Shown here piece after piece: positions 1-9,966 of a stretch of DNA of 64,000 bases (position 1 is its first letter; the number at the start of each line of letters is the position of its first letter). Both the position numbers and the translations under genes were made by a program. Below the pieces are notes generated by a model. That model was given only the letters and a program-made list of their open reading frames with translations. It was not told the origin of the DNA and made no database searches. Source of the stretch: Raillietiella orientalis (taxonomy: Eukaryota). Location of the stretch: assembly GCA_036172245.1 (NCBI GenBank), contig JAYWIR010000001.1, forward strand, positions 11,594,001 through 11,658,000, written 5' to 3'.

Positions 1-1180
1 AGCGGTTCACCACGGGAGACCACGCCAGGAGGACCGCCCGGAGTGCGGACTCCCGGTCCGTGCCTCGCGGGGGAACTCGCGAGATGAGGGATCGGAGGGA
101 GGGAAAGACCAGGAAGAGGAGAAATGCAGGCGGATCGAAGCGCTCGGTCGGAGCCGTGACGCCTCATCCCTCCCGCCCCTGCAACCGACCGAAAGGGAGA
201 GGGAGGTCCCGGAAATTCGTTCCTGTCGGGAGGGAAAAGAAGGGAGGGGAAGAGAGAAAAATAAAAAAGGTGGGAAGGTGTGGAAGCGGGAGGCGAAGTG
301 GGCGCTGAGGAGGGGGGCGCACACTGCCTCGGCTGCGCCGAGACGGCCGGTCCGTTCCAACCGCCTTTGCTCCTGGGGCGATGAGCAGCACTCCTTCCGG
401 ACGGCGCACGCTCCTGCAGCGACGGGCGGCAGCGGAGGCAGCAGCTCGCCCGACCCGCTCGGCGGCCTGCCGCGGGGGGGGGGGGGGGGGGCGCACGCCG
501 CTGTCGGGGACAGCGAGCACGGGAAGTCCCAGACAGAATGACGGCTCGGTTTGGAGGTCCAACTGCAGCGCTGCTTCCGACGGTGGGAGGGAAAACGGTT
601 ACCATGAAACTTTTTGTGCGTGCATGCGTGCGTGCTTGCGTACGCGCGCTCCTCCTCCCGCACGCGGAGCGCAGGAAACGGATGCGCCACGCTCGCAGCT
701 GCTCCTCGTAGTCTGGCAACCAACACAACGGCCGCTGCTACCCGAGTGTCCTGCGACGGTCACGTCCCGTGGCGATGTCCCCCCCCCCCCCGCCTTTCCA
801 ACGACCTCCGGGACGCGAGCGCACTGATCGACTGGGCTTCTTGACCCGCAATTTATCTGATGCCGTCCACACACGTGACCCCATCAGCACACGTCACGAA
901 AGCATCGCAGCGAACCGGACAGCAGGGGGAGGGGGCAAAAGTCACGGACATGCACACGTCGTTGCTACGAGGTGCCGATGCGCGATCAACGCGTGACCCT
1001 TCGCCACACGAACGACGCACACCACCCGCGAAAAAATGATCTTCTGGCGGGAGAGGGGAGGAAAGGGAAGAGAACAGTGAAAAGAATGAACCGCGTTCTT
1101 CACGCGCAAGGAGCTTGGATCACCTCGCAGATTCCGACAATCCCGCTCTATCAATCTACCGCCGCATCCTGCAGCTGAAA

Positions 1181-1186
1181 TTTATT
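1181..1186 (-). terminator. Candidate polyadenylation signal of the hairy-like gene
   Basis: tttatt on the plus strand is AATAAA on the minus strand, ~880 nt downstream of the stop. Confidence 0.35.
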
Positions 1187-1673
1187 CTCGCAGCATCCCG
1201 GCGGCGGCGGCGGCACCCGCGAACGCCCCCCCTCCCCCCCAAAAAGGAAATAAAATAAACCGCCCCAGCATCGTTGCCGCGCCGCTCGCGCGAAGGGTAG
1301 TTGCGCACGACGCCGGCGTTCCCGACAGGAAGCTCGGGTTTGATCCGGGAAAGACATCAATCTGCGGGTTAGCTACGTCGGACTGCACGAGCGGGGCGCA
1401 CCTTGCCTCGCTGCTCGGGGGAGTGAGAAGGAAAAGGGAGGAAAGAGGTTCGCGCTAAGGGTTTCACTTTGAAAACTTTTCGGGAAAAAAAAAACTCTCC
1501 ACTCCGGGGCGGATACCCTACGCTGTGCCGTCTCCCGTGGCAACGGGGACGCGGGCGGGCGCGCTGCCTGGGCGGCGGCGGCGGCGGCGCCCGCATCGCT
1601 TTAGCACCTTTTTGGATCCGGCACACAAGTATCGGCGGCGTCCCGGAATTCCAAGCCGCATCATCCCAGCACA

Positions 1674-1700
1674 GTGTGTGTGTGTGTGTGTGTGTGTGTG
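1674..1700. repeat. (GT)n microsatellite
   Basis: About 13 perfect GT units. Confidence 0.95.
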
Positions 1701-1846
1701 ACGCCAGGGGCATGCGCCCACGAGGAGCCCGCAGCGCCGAAAACCGGAGAAAGACAGAGACAAAACGCACACAGAAAAAACTTGTGGCCAAAAGGGAGGG
1801 AGAGGGCAAGGAAATTGTATTTTGCGTAAGATGGCGTTACATAACA

Positions 1847-1853
1847 GGAAGAC
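1847..1853 (-). promoter_or_regulatory. GY-box (miR-7 seed site) in the hairy-like 3' UTR
   Basis: Minus strand reads GTCTTCC ~210 nt after the stop; Drosophila hairy is a known GY-box/miR-7 target. Confidence 0.6.
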
Positions 1854-2033
1854 ACTTGTGATCTTGCCATTCCGAACGGGTACACGGTTTTCCTTTTTCG
1901 TAGGCATCACTCGAGCAACGTGGACCCTCGGAGACGCGGGCGCACTCTTTCAACGGATCCCACGATCGATGTCGAAATCGAAAAATAGGCTTGCATTCTT
2001 GAAAAGAGTTCTTTCGAAACCTTCTGCCAGTTT

Positions 2034-2041
2034 TATCACAG
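2034..2041 (-). promoter_or_regulatory. K-box (miR-2 family seed site) in the hairy-like 3' UTR
   Basis: Minus strand reads CTGTGATA, 20 nt after the stop codon; full cTGTGATa consensus. Confidence 0.65.
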
Positions 2042-2061
2042 CACTTATTCCGACCGTGTCA

Positions 2062-2766
2062 TCAATACCACGGCCTCCAGGGATCTTTATCGAAGAGGTC
2101 CACATCCCGAGGACGCGATACACTATCGTCGTAGATCATTTCCATCTTCACGGGGAAGTTGGACGAGATCGGACTGAGGGATCCGGGTCGGCTGTCCACG
2201 TCCGAAGACTCCACGGGACTGACCGAGCTGCTCCGCCGCAAGCGGTGCACGGTAAGCTCCAGAGGCATGTCCCCCGCGTGCGACTGTCCGCCGGGGAGAG
2301 GCGAGTGGATCGCGGGGTGACCGATGGGGTAGAAGAACAACTGGTGAGGATCGCCCCTCTGCTTGCCAGGAGAAGCACTTTTGTTGGTACTGGGGAGAAC
2401 CAGAGCGATGTCGCCGTTCGGCAGTTGCGTGGGGATCAGCTGGAAGCCTCCGGGCGGACCGTCGACACCGACTGGGATGGAGTGAGGAGGAAGAGGAGGA
2501 GCGGAGGTGGCAGACAGAAGCGACCCGTTCACGTAATTCGAGAGGTGGGCCACCAGCCTCTGCTTTACGGTCACGTCCACACCCTCCATCCGGGAAATCA
2601 AACGGTTCACTTCACTGGCGCACTCGCTGAACCCGGCACAGTACTTGTTCATCACAGCGGGATCCGAGGCAACGGAGAACGCGACCTGCTGCCGGTGCAG
2701 GTTCTGTAGGTGCTTCACGGTCATCTCCAGGATGTCCGCCTTTTCCAGCTTGGAATGCCTGGAGGG
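2062..2766 (-). CDS. h: hairy-like coding exon 3 (helix 2, Orange domain, WRPWY)
   Basis: Acceptor cctgtgcag|CCC; in frame with track ORF 2062..2958 to TGA at 2064-2062. Confidence 0.95.
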   Translation of the reverse strand, partial: PSRHSKLEKADILEMTVKHLQNLHRQQVAFSVASDPAVMNKYCAGFSECASEVNRLISRMEGVDVTVKQRLVAHLSNYVNGSLLSATSAPPLPPHSIPVGVDGPPGGFQLIPTQLPNGDIALVLPSTNKSASPGKQRGDPHQLFFYPIGHPAIHSPLPGGQSHAGDMPLELTVHRLRRSSSVSPVESSDVDSRPGSLSPISSNFPVKMEMIYDDSVSRPRDVDLFDKDPWRPWY

Positions 2767-3137
2767 CTGCACAGGGGAGCAGCAGGTCACAAGCGGGTCA
2801 CGGGAAAAAACGAAGGCAGACTTACGTCTTTTTTCATGGCGTCCAGAACCAACGTCTTCAGCTCGTTCAGACAGTTGTTGATCCTGGCGCGCCTCCTCTT
2901 CTCCATCAAGGGCTTGTTGCTCTGCAAAGGATGCGACACGGTGAGCGGGAGAACGCAATCACGCATGGGGTAAGGGGGGAGGAGGCACGTGTGGAGCGAC
3001 ACGCGCGCAACGTCGCCCGCGCGGGGTCGCAAAAAGCGAGCGGACCAGAAAGGGTTTGCCACAGGTCAACTCACCCTGCGGTTTTCGGATTTCCTGGCGA
3101 TGTTTTCGACTTTCATCTCGAAGGAGGACCAGCGCAT
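2062..3137 (-). CDS. h: hairy-like bHLH-Orange transcriptional repressor; join(complement 3137..3075, 2921..2826, 2766..2062), ~287 aa (280 aa if the in-frame ATG at 3116 is used)
   Basis: Spliced translation [80 protein letters not shown]. Orange domain ([17 protein letters not shown]), [20 protein letters not shown] block, CtBP-like PLELT motif and C-terminal WRPWY-stop. Canonical phase-0 GT-AG introns at 3074..2922 (153 nt) and 2825..2767 (59 nt). [16 protein letters not shown] and LD residues fit Hairy better than Deadpan (recalled from Drosophila, not from a search). Confidence 0.93.
2826..2921 (-). CDS. h: hairy-like coding exon 2 (basic region and helix 1, 96 nt)
   Basis: Acceptor cctttgcag|AGC and donor GAC|gtaagt; encodes [32 protein letters not shown]. 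Confidence 0.95.
3075..3137 (-). CDS. h: hairy-like coding exon 1
   Basis: First ATG downstream of the predicted TSS at 3325; ends CGC AGG|GTGAGT donor. Alternative start at 3116 has a purine at -3. Confidence 0.8.
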
Positions 3138-3293
3138 GCACGCGAGGATGGGGCGACGCTGCTGCTCCACTGCTGCCAGCAGACGGACGAACGCGATGAC
3201 GACGGCTACGCTGCACCGCACGACGCACGCACTGCTGCTGCTGCTGCTGCCCGCCGGGTTGAGGACCCACCGACCGCGAACCGACGACGACGA

Positions 3294-3327
3294 CGACCGA
3301 GCAACCCGCGCGCTCACGAGCGACTGA
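3294..3327 (-). promoter_or_regulatory. Inr + DPE core promoter of the hairy-like gene (TSS ~3325)
   Basis: Minus-strand TCAGTC (3327-3322) fits Inr TCAKTY; GGTCG at 3298-3294 is exactly +28..+32 and fits DPE RGWYV. Confidence 0.7.
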
Positions 3328-3403
3328 GCGGCGTTCGCGCGCTCGCGGGGGGAAAAGAGCAGGGAAGAGGGGCGTGCGCTCGCGCCCGCGCGAAGTCGCG
3401 GAC

Positions 3404-3431
3404 GCCGCCGCCGCCGCCGCCGCCGCCGCCG
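3404..3431. repeat. (GCC)n trinucleotide repeat upstream of the hairy-like TSS
   Basis: About 9 GCC units. Confidence 0.9.
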
Positions 3432-3613
3432 TCGCTGCCTCGCGGCACCTCCTTGCCGCCGCCGTCAACGTCCTCGACGCCAACACAGGAGGGGGGGGGG
3501 GGGCTTTGACGAGGCGCCGTGTCCCCGCACTTCGTCAGCAAATCGGAGGAGCGTCTTTCCGCCCGCGGGCAGCCGTTTGGCAGCCGCGGCAGGAGCAACC
3601 CCTCCCAGGCCGC

Positions 3614-6600
3614 TTCTCACACGCGGCGGCGGGAGGAAAAATACCCCCCTTTCCTCGCCCGCCCCCAGTCATAGCTCCGTCACTCGTCACTAGGACGGCG
3701 ACGAGGGGAGAAAGAAACGCGCGCGCGCGTGTCACGAAGGGACGACGGTAGTCCGCGCGCTCGACGATGGGGGCAAGTCCTCCCCCTCCCCTCCCCTCCC
3801 CCCCCCCCACAACCTTCTTTTCCCCCAGCGGCGCGCACTCGTGCCGCCGCCGCCGAGCCGCTAGGCGCCTGCTCGGCGGCCGCGCTACTTCCCGGCCGGA
3901 CGAGAGCGGCGGCGGGGCGGGCGTACGGACAGGCAGGACAGCGGAGAAGGGATGCGGCTCGACACCCTGGCGCTGGGGCTGCCCGGGGACCGCTCGCTCG
4001 CTGCACGTTCCGCGCACCTCTCCCGTTCTCTCAGACGGCGGCGCCACCAGCGCGCGCGCGTTCAGGCAAGCCGAGAGGCGGGTTGAGGCGCGCATGCGCC
4101 CCGCGCCGCGGAAACCTCCCCTCTTGTCACTCTGCACGTGGTTTCTTGCCCGCCGCCGCTTCCTCCTCGCCGCGCGCGCGCGGACGGAGGCGGCGGCGGC
4201 ATTTTCCTTCGCTCTCTCTCTCTCTCTGTCTTCGCCCCCTCCCCCCCCCCCCGCATCCCCCCTCCTCCGGCTTTCCCACGGTGAGAGCGCAAATACGCTG
4301 CCCCAGTTCCGCGCGGGCGTGCGATGGCGTGAGAAAGCGCCGCGCGTCGGCTCCTCTGACGTCTTCCGCTGCTACTTCGACTTTGCTTTTCTGGCGTGTT
4401 TGCGGGAGGAAAGAAAAGAGGAGGCGTCTTGAGTTACCGGAGGAGCCCCTCGGTAATTGGAACCTTCCCCCCGCGGACGACGGCGTCCCGCGAGGGGGCG
4501 CACGCCAGCGGGGGCGGCGGCAGAGCGAACCGCGCGAATCGGACGAAACGCGGCGACGGCGGCGGGCGGGGCCGTTGGGCCCGCGAAGGGCCTGCAGCAG
4601 GGTGCGGGGGAGGGGGAGAAGGGGGGGGGGCGCCGTTGCCTAGCAGCGTCTGGCGACGCGGAGCGCGCGCGCCCGCCGCGTCCAATTAGCCTTCAAATTA
4701 GAGGCCCCAGCGCGCGTTGCCGACAGGGGCAGGCGGCGGGGGAGATGATGGATCGCTACCGGAGCGTGGGGGCGGTGGACTGCCAACGGAACGCGGCGGC
4801 GGCGGCGGTGGCGGCGCGCGCAGACGAGGGGAGGCGCCGCCGCCGAGTCTGCAGCCTCCGCGGCGAGGACGTGCGAGCAGAACTCACAGAGTTTCCCGTC
4901 CGCGCGCGGGAAGGTCGACCGGGGAACTGCGATGGCGAAAGGGCGCCGGCCGCGGTCACCCGTTCGGGGAGCAAGCCCGCAAAGGGGGAAGGCGAAGGGT
5001 CACGGGCGTGGCCTCGGATGGCGCCAACGCGGGGCTCGCGGAAGTGGCTCCCTGCGCGCGCATCTGTTGCGGGCTTCCTTCGAGCCCTGTCCGCAAGGGG
5101 CGCCGCGAGCGACTCTTCTTCGCCCCCTCCCTTTATCGCGGTCGCCTGCTGAGGGCGGTCCCCATCGGTCCCTATAGAATAAGGACGCGAGGGGGAGGGT
5201 CCGTGCGCGCCCCTTCGCAAGGCCACCGCTCGTTCAGCAACGGCGCTGCAGGTCGGAACGAGAGGAGCTGCCGTCTCGCGCTCGGCCGCACCCTATGAGG
5301 GAAGGGGCGAGGCAGGGGTCAGGAAACCGGGGTGGAGGAGGCGCGAACCCCCCACGCCCACGAGACTAGTGGGAGGTTTTATGACTCCCGCCGGGAGAGC
5401 AGCATCGCGTGCGCCTCCACCTCTCCCCGGAGGGGTGGTCCGCCGCCTCACATCTGCCGAGGGGATGACGGCGCCTTCCCTCCCCCTCCCCTGCTTCCCG
5501 TGGCGAACTCCTCCTGTCCCCGCGGGAATGGGAGGGTGGACGATCCTCCTCCACAGCCGGCCGCGGTGCTCCTACCGGGACCTCGCCCTGCGCCTCGGGG
5601 CCGTCTCGCGCCGCGGCAACGCCCATTCCCACCTCTCCGGCACTTCCGCCGGGGGGCGCGGATATGACCGCGGCTGAGTCGAGCGAGGGGGAGGCAGCGG
5701 TGAGGCTGGGGCCGCCTGCTTCCTACTGGAGGGGCCCGCAACTCCGCAAGAAGGGGCGCCGCACGCACTCTGGTAGGAACCGCGGCACGGCCGGGAGGAG
5801 GCGACCGAAAAATCGGGACGTCTGCCACTCCTACTTTCCTATCCCTCCCTCCAGGAGCGTGGGTGGCTCCCCGCAAGGGGGGTGGCCGTCGCCCACGGCC
5901 GGTTGGCCCTCCGTGCGAGGGAAGGGCGGTTGCGGAACGCCTGGCCACGAGCGGTGGGCGGGGCGCCGTCGGGATGCGGGGGGGAACGGTTGGACAGGAC
6001 GCACGCGCGCCGGCGGGCGTCCTTCACGCCCCCCCCCCCCCTCCTCCATAGGGCTCGCCCCCGCACAGACGTCGCCGCCGCGTCTCCCGCGGGTACGGCG
6101 AGGCAGACGCATGCGCGGTTGGGGGGGAGCATCACGTGTCACTCGCGTGGGCTCGCGACCTGTGGCGCGTGGGCGGAAGGCACCCAGCGCCGTCTGCATG
6201 GGGGATAGCCCTGCGCGTGTGTGGGGGGAGCGAAGGCGAGGGGTGGAGTGGCGCTCCCCGAGGCGAGAAGAAGGGGAAAGCGCCGCCCCGAGAGCCACCT
6301 GGGCGGGCGCGCCTTCCCTCCTTCGCTCCTCCCCCCCCCCCCTTTTTTTTTTTTTGGAGGCCGCTCCTTTTTTTCCCCTTCGCGGCGGCGGAAGGGTCGG
6401 CTTTCCTCCTCCCCCCTCCGCCTCCCCTCTTCATCCTCCCCCCCGCCCCACCCCTTTTTTTTTTGTGTGTCTGTGTGTTGTTGTCCCTGCTGCCGCGGCC
6501 CTTCGGTGTCCACCGAGCAGGGGGCGGCGGGGGCGGCAACACAAAAGGGGCTGACCGGCAGGAAGCGCCCGCCGACCGAAGCGGAAGCGCCCCTCCGCCC

Positions 6601-9468
6601 CCCCCCTCCTTTCAATTCTCTTTGCGCCCCCGCCGACTGCTGGACCCTCGGGGCAGGGGAGGGGTGAGCCCCTCTCTCTTACCCCTCCCTCCCCCCCTTT
6701 TCCTTTTTTCCTCTTTTTTTTTCCCCCCCTTCACCTCCCCCCTTTTTTTGGCCTTTTTTTCCCCCTCCCGCCGGATGGGAACTTGGGAAGGGTGGGGGAC
6801 GAAAGGAGCGGGAAGGGGAAAGAGGGGGCGGCTCCCGGAGGAGCGCGGCATCTCCTTCGCTTGCTGGGAAAAACGCGTGCAGCGCGGGGGAACGTTCGGG
6901 CCAGAGAACGTGCATGCAGTTTCCGTGGCCGCCGCAAGGGGCGCCTGCGCTCCGCCGGATCCGGCAGGTAAGAGAGACGGAGACGGACCGAGGAAGGGAC
7001 CGCGGAAGGTTTCCGCGCGCTGCAGAAGGGGGTGGGAAGGGGAACAGGGTGCGCGCCTGGTAGCGATTCGACCCCTCCTGCCCCCACCCTTTCCCCTTTC
7101 CTTGACCCCTTTGCTGGAGCGCCGCCGCACCTCTCTTCGCGCGCAGTTTCCAAGGAGACCGAACGGTTGTGAACGGATGGGGGGGGGGGGGGAGGGGGGA
7201 ATGGAGGAGCGTTCCCTCGGCAACGCCGGACGACCACGCCGCGAGCGGCGGAGGGCATCGCGCCCGCCCTCTGCCGACGGCGTGCCGGGCGCGCGCGCCT
7301 CCGCCCGCGCGTGCGCGAGGGCGGGGCTCCGCCCGAAACGCCCGAGGCGGCCCTCCCGGGCGGCCCGGCCCTCTCCGTTCGCTTCTCCTTCGGGAATTCC
7401 TCCCGCCCTCGGCTAGGCGGAAGCGCCTGAGACACGCGCGCGCGCGTGCGAGCCGCCCGCCTGGCCGCCGCCGCCGCTTCTCCCCCTCAGGCGAAGGGGA
7501 GGCGGAGGCGTTTCCCACGGTGGTGGGAATGGGGGAGGGGGGGGAGGGACAGGAAGCAGCTCGCGGGCGGGCGAGCCGGCCTCCGCCTCGCTCCTCGGCG
7601 GGGAGAAGGGGGCCGCGACCCCTCCGCGGGGGACGCCGGTCGAGGCAGCGGCGTTTTTCCCTCTTCGCAGCAGCGCGCGTCTCCGGGGCAGCTCGTGACC
7701 GCCGGCCTCCTTCCCGCTCCTCTCCTTTGAGGGATGCCGCGCCCCGAACTCAAGGCGTTCGAAGAGGAAGGGCGAGAAAGGGGTGGGGGTCGCGGGGCAG
7801 GCTCCTGCCGCGAAGGCGCCGGCAGCGCTGCCCGCTGCAGAAGCGGCCGTTAGACGAACGAGGAGGAGGAGGAGGAGGAGGGGGGGGGGGCGGAACGCGA
7901 GGAGCGTGGGAATCGCGGCGTCGGCGGCGGCGCCTTTCCCGGAACCTCGGAAGCACCTCGCAGCGGGAGCGGCACGCACGCACGCACGCACTCACGCACG
8001 CGCGCGTGCGCTGGGCGCGCCTTGCGCTGTCGTCGCTGCCGACGACGATGCTGCCGCCCTAACGGTGCGCGGAGGAAACTGGCCCGCTCTCGACGGCGGC
8101 GTGCGGCTGCGGCCGCGGGAGGGACGTGTGAGGTGGTCCCACGTTCTCTTCCCCTCTCCTCCCCCTCGTTGCACGTCCTGGTCCCGCGTTTGCCTAGGTC
8201 CCGGTCTCTCCCTGCAGCGCGTCCGAACGGTCCTCATCGGCCTCCCTCATCCGTCGCCGGGGTGCGGCGGCAGTCCGGGAACGCTTCCTTCCCGCGGCAG
8301 GTGCGGGGCCGGAATAACGGGGGAGAGGGGGGGGGGGGAAGAGGGAGCGAGATCCAGCGTGGACATGGCCGTTCCTCTCCCCGGGCCTCCAGGAACCCTG
8401 GTCTGCCTTCCGAGTATGGCGCGCGCCTTCCCACCGGCGCGCGCGCGCGCACGTCGCGGGGCGATTAGAGCGAGGCGGCGGCGGCGGCGGCGCTGGAACG
8501 CGGCTGCTCCGGAACGCGCGCTGTTCGCGCGCGCGGCTCGGGCGGGCCTCGCGCTCATTACGTCACCCGCCCGGCTGTCCGCCCGCCGAGGAAGCCGCCA
8601 TGTGCCCGCCCGCGCGTCTGCCGGAATGACTGTGGGAAACGCCAGGACGCGCCGTTCTCACACGGGTGCGCCGAGGCCTCGCGTCCGACGCCCGACCAGA
8701 GGTTGTCACGGGTGATGGATGTCGGGAGAGATGCCGGATTCCTCCGCGGGGAGCTGCGCTCCGCTGGACCCGTTTCGAAAGACCGGATTCCTTTCTTCTC
8801 CTCCTCCTCGCTCCCTCCCCTCCCAACCCCCGTTTTCTCTCTCTCTCCCTTTCTCCTCTTCCTTCCACCTACCCCATCGCTCCCTTCCCAGGCTTTTTTT
8901 TTTCCTTTTCTCCGGAAGGGGGAGGGGAGGGAGGAAGGACCCTTTCTCATCTCTCGCCGGAACAGCCCCTCTACCCCTTCCTCAACCTTCCCACGAGCTG
9001 AGCGCGCGCGTGCGTGCGCGCGCGGGACCGCCGCCGCCGCTCCCATGGGAATTTCCCTCTTCCGCGGGCGCGCGCGAGGCTTCCCCCCGACCCTCCCCCC
9101 CCCCTCCTCCTCCTCCCCTCGGCAGACGCGCGCATTCCCGCGCGCGCGAACGGGCGAAGGATCCCACCGGCACCGGCTGCCTGCGGCCTCGCTCTCACGC
9201 TCGCTGGGGCACTTGTTGCGCGCGCGCGCGCTCCGCACGGGAGGAAATCCCAGGGAAGCGCGCCGCCTCGCGCGCTGTCCTCCCTCTTTCCCCCCCTTGC
9301 ACGCACGGAGACTCCCACGGTCAGATAGGCGCGCTTCGCTTTCCTTTCCTTTTTTTTTTTTTTTTTTTTTTCGCTCGCTCCTCCTTCTCCTCTCTCCTTG
9401 TTCCTCCTCCTCTCGGTCTCTTTTCATTCCTGGGAACGCCGATCCCATCTCCGGGCAACGTTCCCACA
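3614..9468. promoter_or_regulatory. Additional single Su(H)/CSL sites in the divergent intergenic region
   Basis: YGTGRGAA matches at 3614-3621(-), 4273-4280(-), 4328-4335(+), 7512-7519(-), 7905-7912(+), 8988-8995(-) and 9461-9468(-); proneural-type E-box GCAGGTG at 8297-8303. Confidence 0.55.
8631..8662. promoter_or_regulatory. Su(H)/CSL paired site (SPS)
   Basis: TGTGGGAA (8631-8638), 16-nt spacer, TTCTCACA (8655-8662): two head-to-head YGTGRGAA sites with canonical spacing, ~0.9 kb upstream of the dpn-like TSS. Confidence 0.8.
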
Positions 9469-9554
9469 CACCGACCCGAAATAATTACGGATGCGGAGAG
9501 CGGCGGCAGCCGATTGTGCGCGGGCCGTCGTCGTGGAGCGCCGAACGCGAGGGT

Positions 9555-9588
9555 TCATTCCGTCGCCTCGGAACCCGCGAGCAGGTCG
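9555..9588 (+). promoter_or_regulatory. Inr + DPE core promoter of the deadpan-like gene (TSS ~9557)
   Basis: TCATTC at 9555-9560 (A = 9557); GGTCG at 9584-9588 is exactly +28..+32; no ATG lies between it and 9838. Confidence 0.7.
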
Positions 9589-9837
9589 CTCGGAGCGTGC
9601 GCCGTGGACCCACACCGCCTCGGGCAGAGCGAGTCTGCCGACGACTCCAGAGACGCTGCTCCCGCCTCCTCCTTGCTCCCATCCCGTCTCCTCCTCCTGC
9701 TCCTCCCTCCTCTTCCACGCAATCCCCCCCCCCCTCTCCTCCGCCTTGAGCGTGTGCTCAGAAGGCGAACTCCTCTCCCCCTCCTCAACGAGCGACCATC
9801 GCTCCACCCACCGTCACCGGTCCAGGAGAAGAGGAGG

Positions 9838-9966
9838 ATGCCCGTCGACGACGACTTTGTCGTCTCGAGCCGCGACGGCCGCGGACAGACCGTCCCGACC
9901 TCGACGACGACGACGATGTTGTCTTCGGCGTCGTCGCTGTCGCTGTCCAGGGCCGAGGCCCGCAAG
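9838..9966 (+). CDS. dpn: deadpan-like coding exon 1
   Basis: First ATG after the predicted TSS at 9557; ends CGC AAG|gtaagc. Confidence 0.85.

Noticed and set aside
1822-2709. 295-aa plus-strand ORF overlapping hairy-like exon 3
   Set aside because: Antisense shadow of the real CDS; no recognisable domain.
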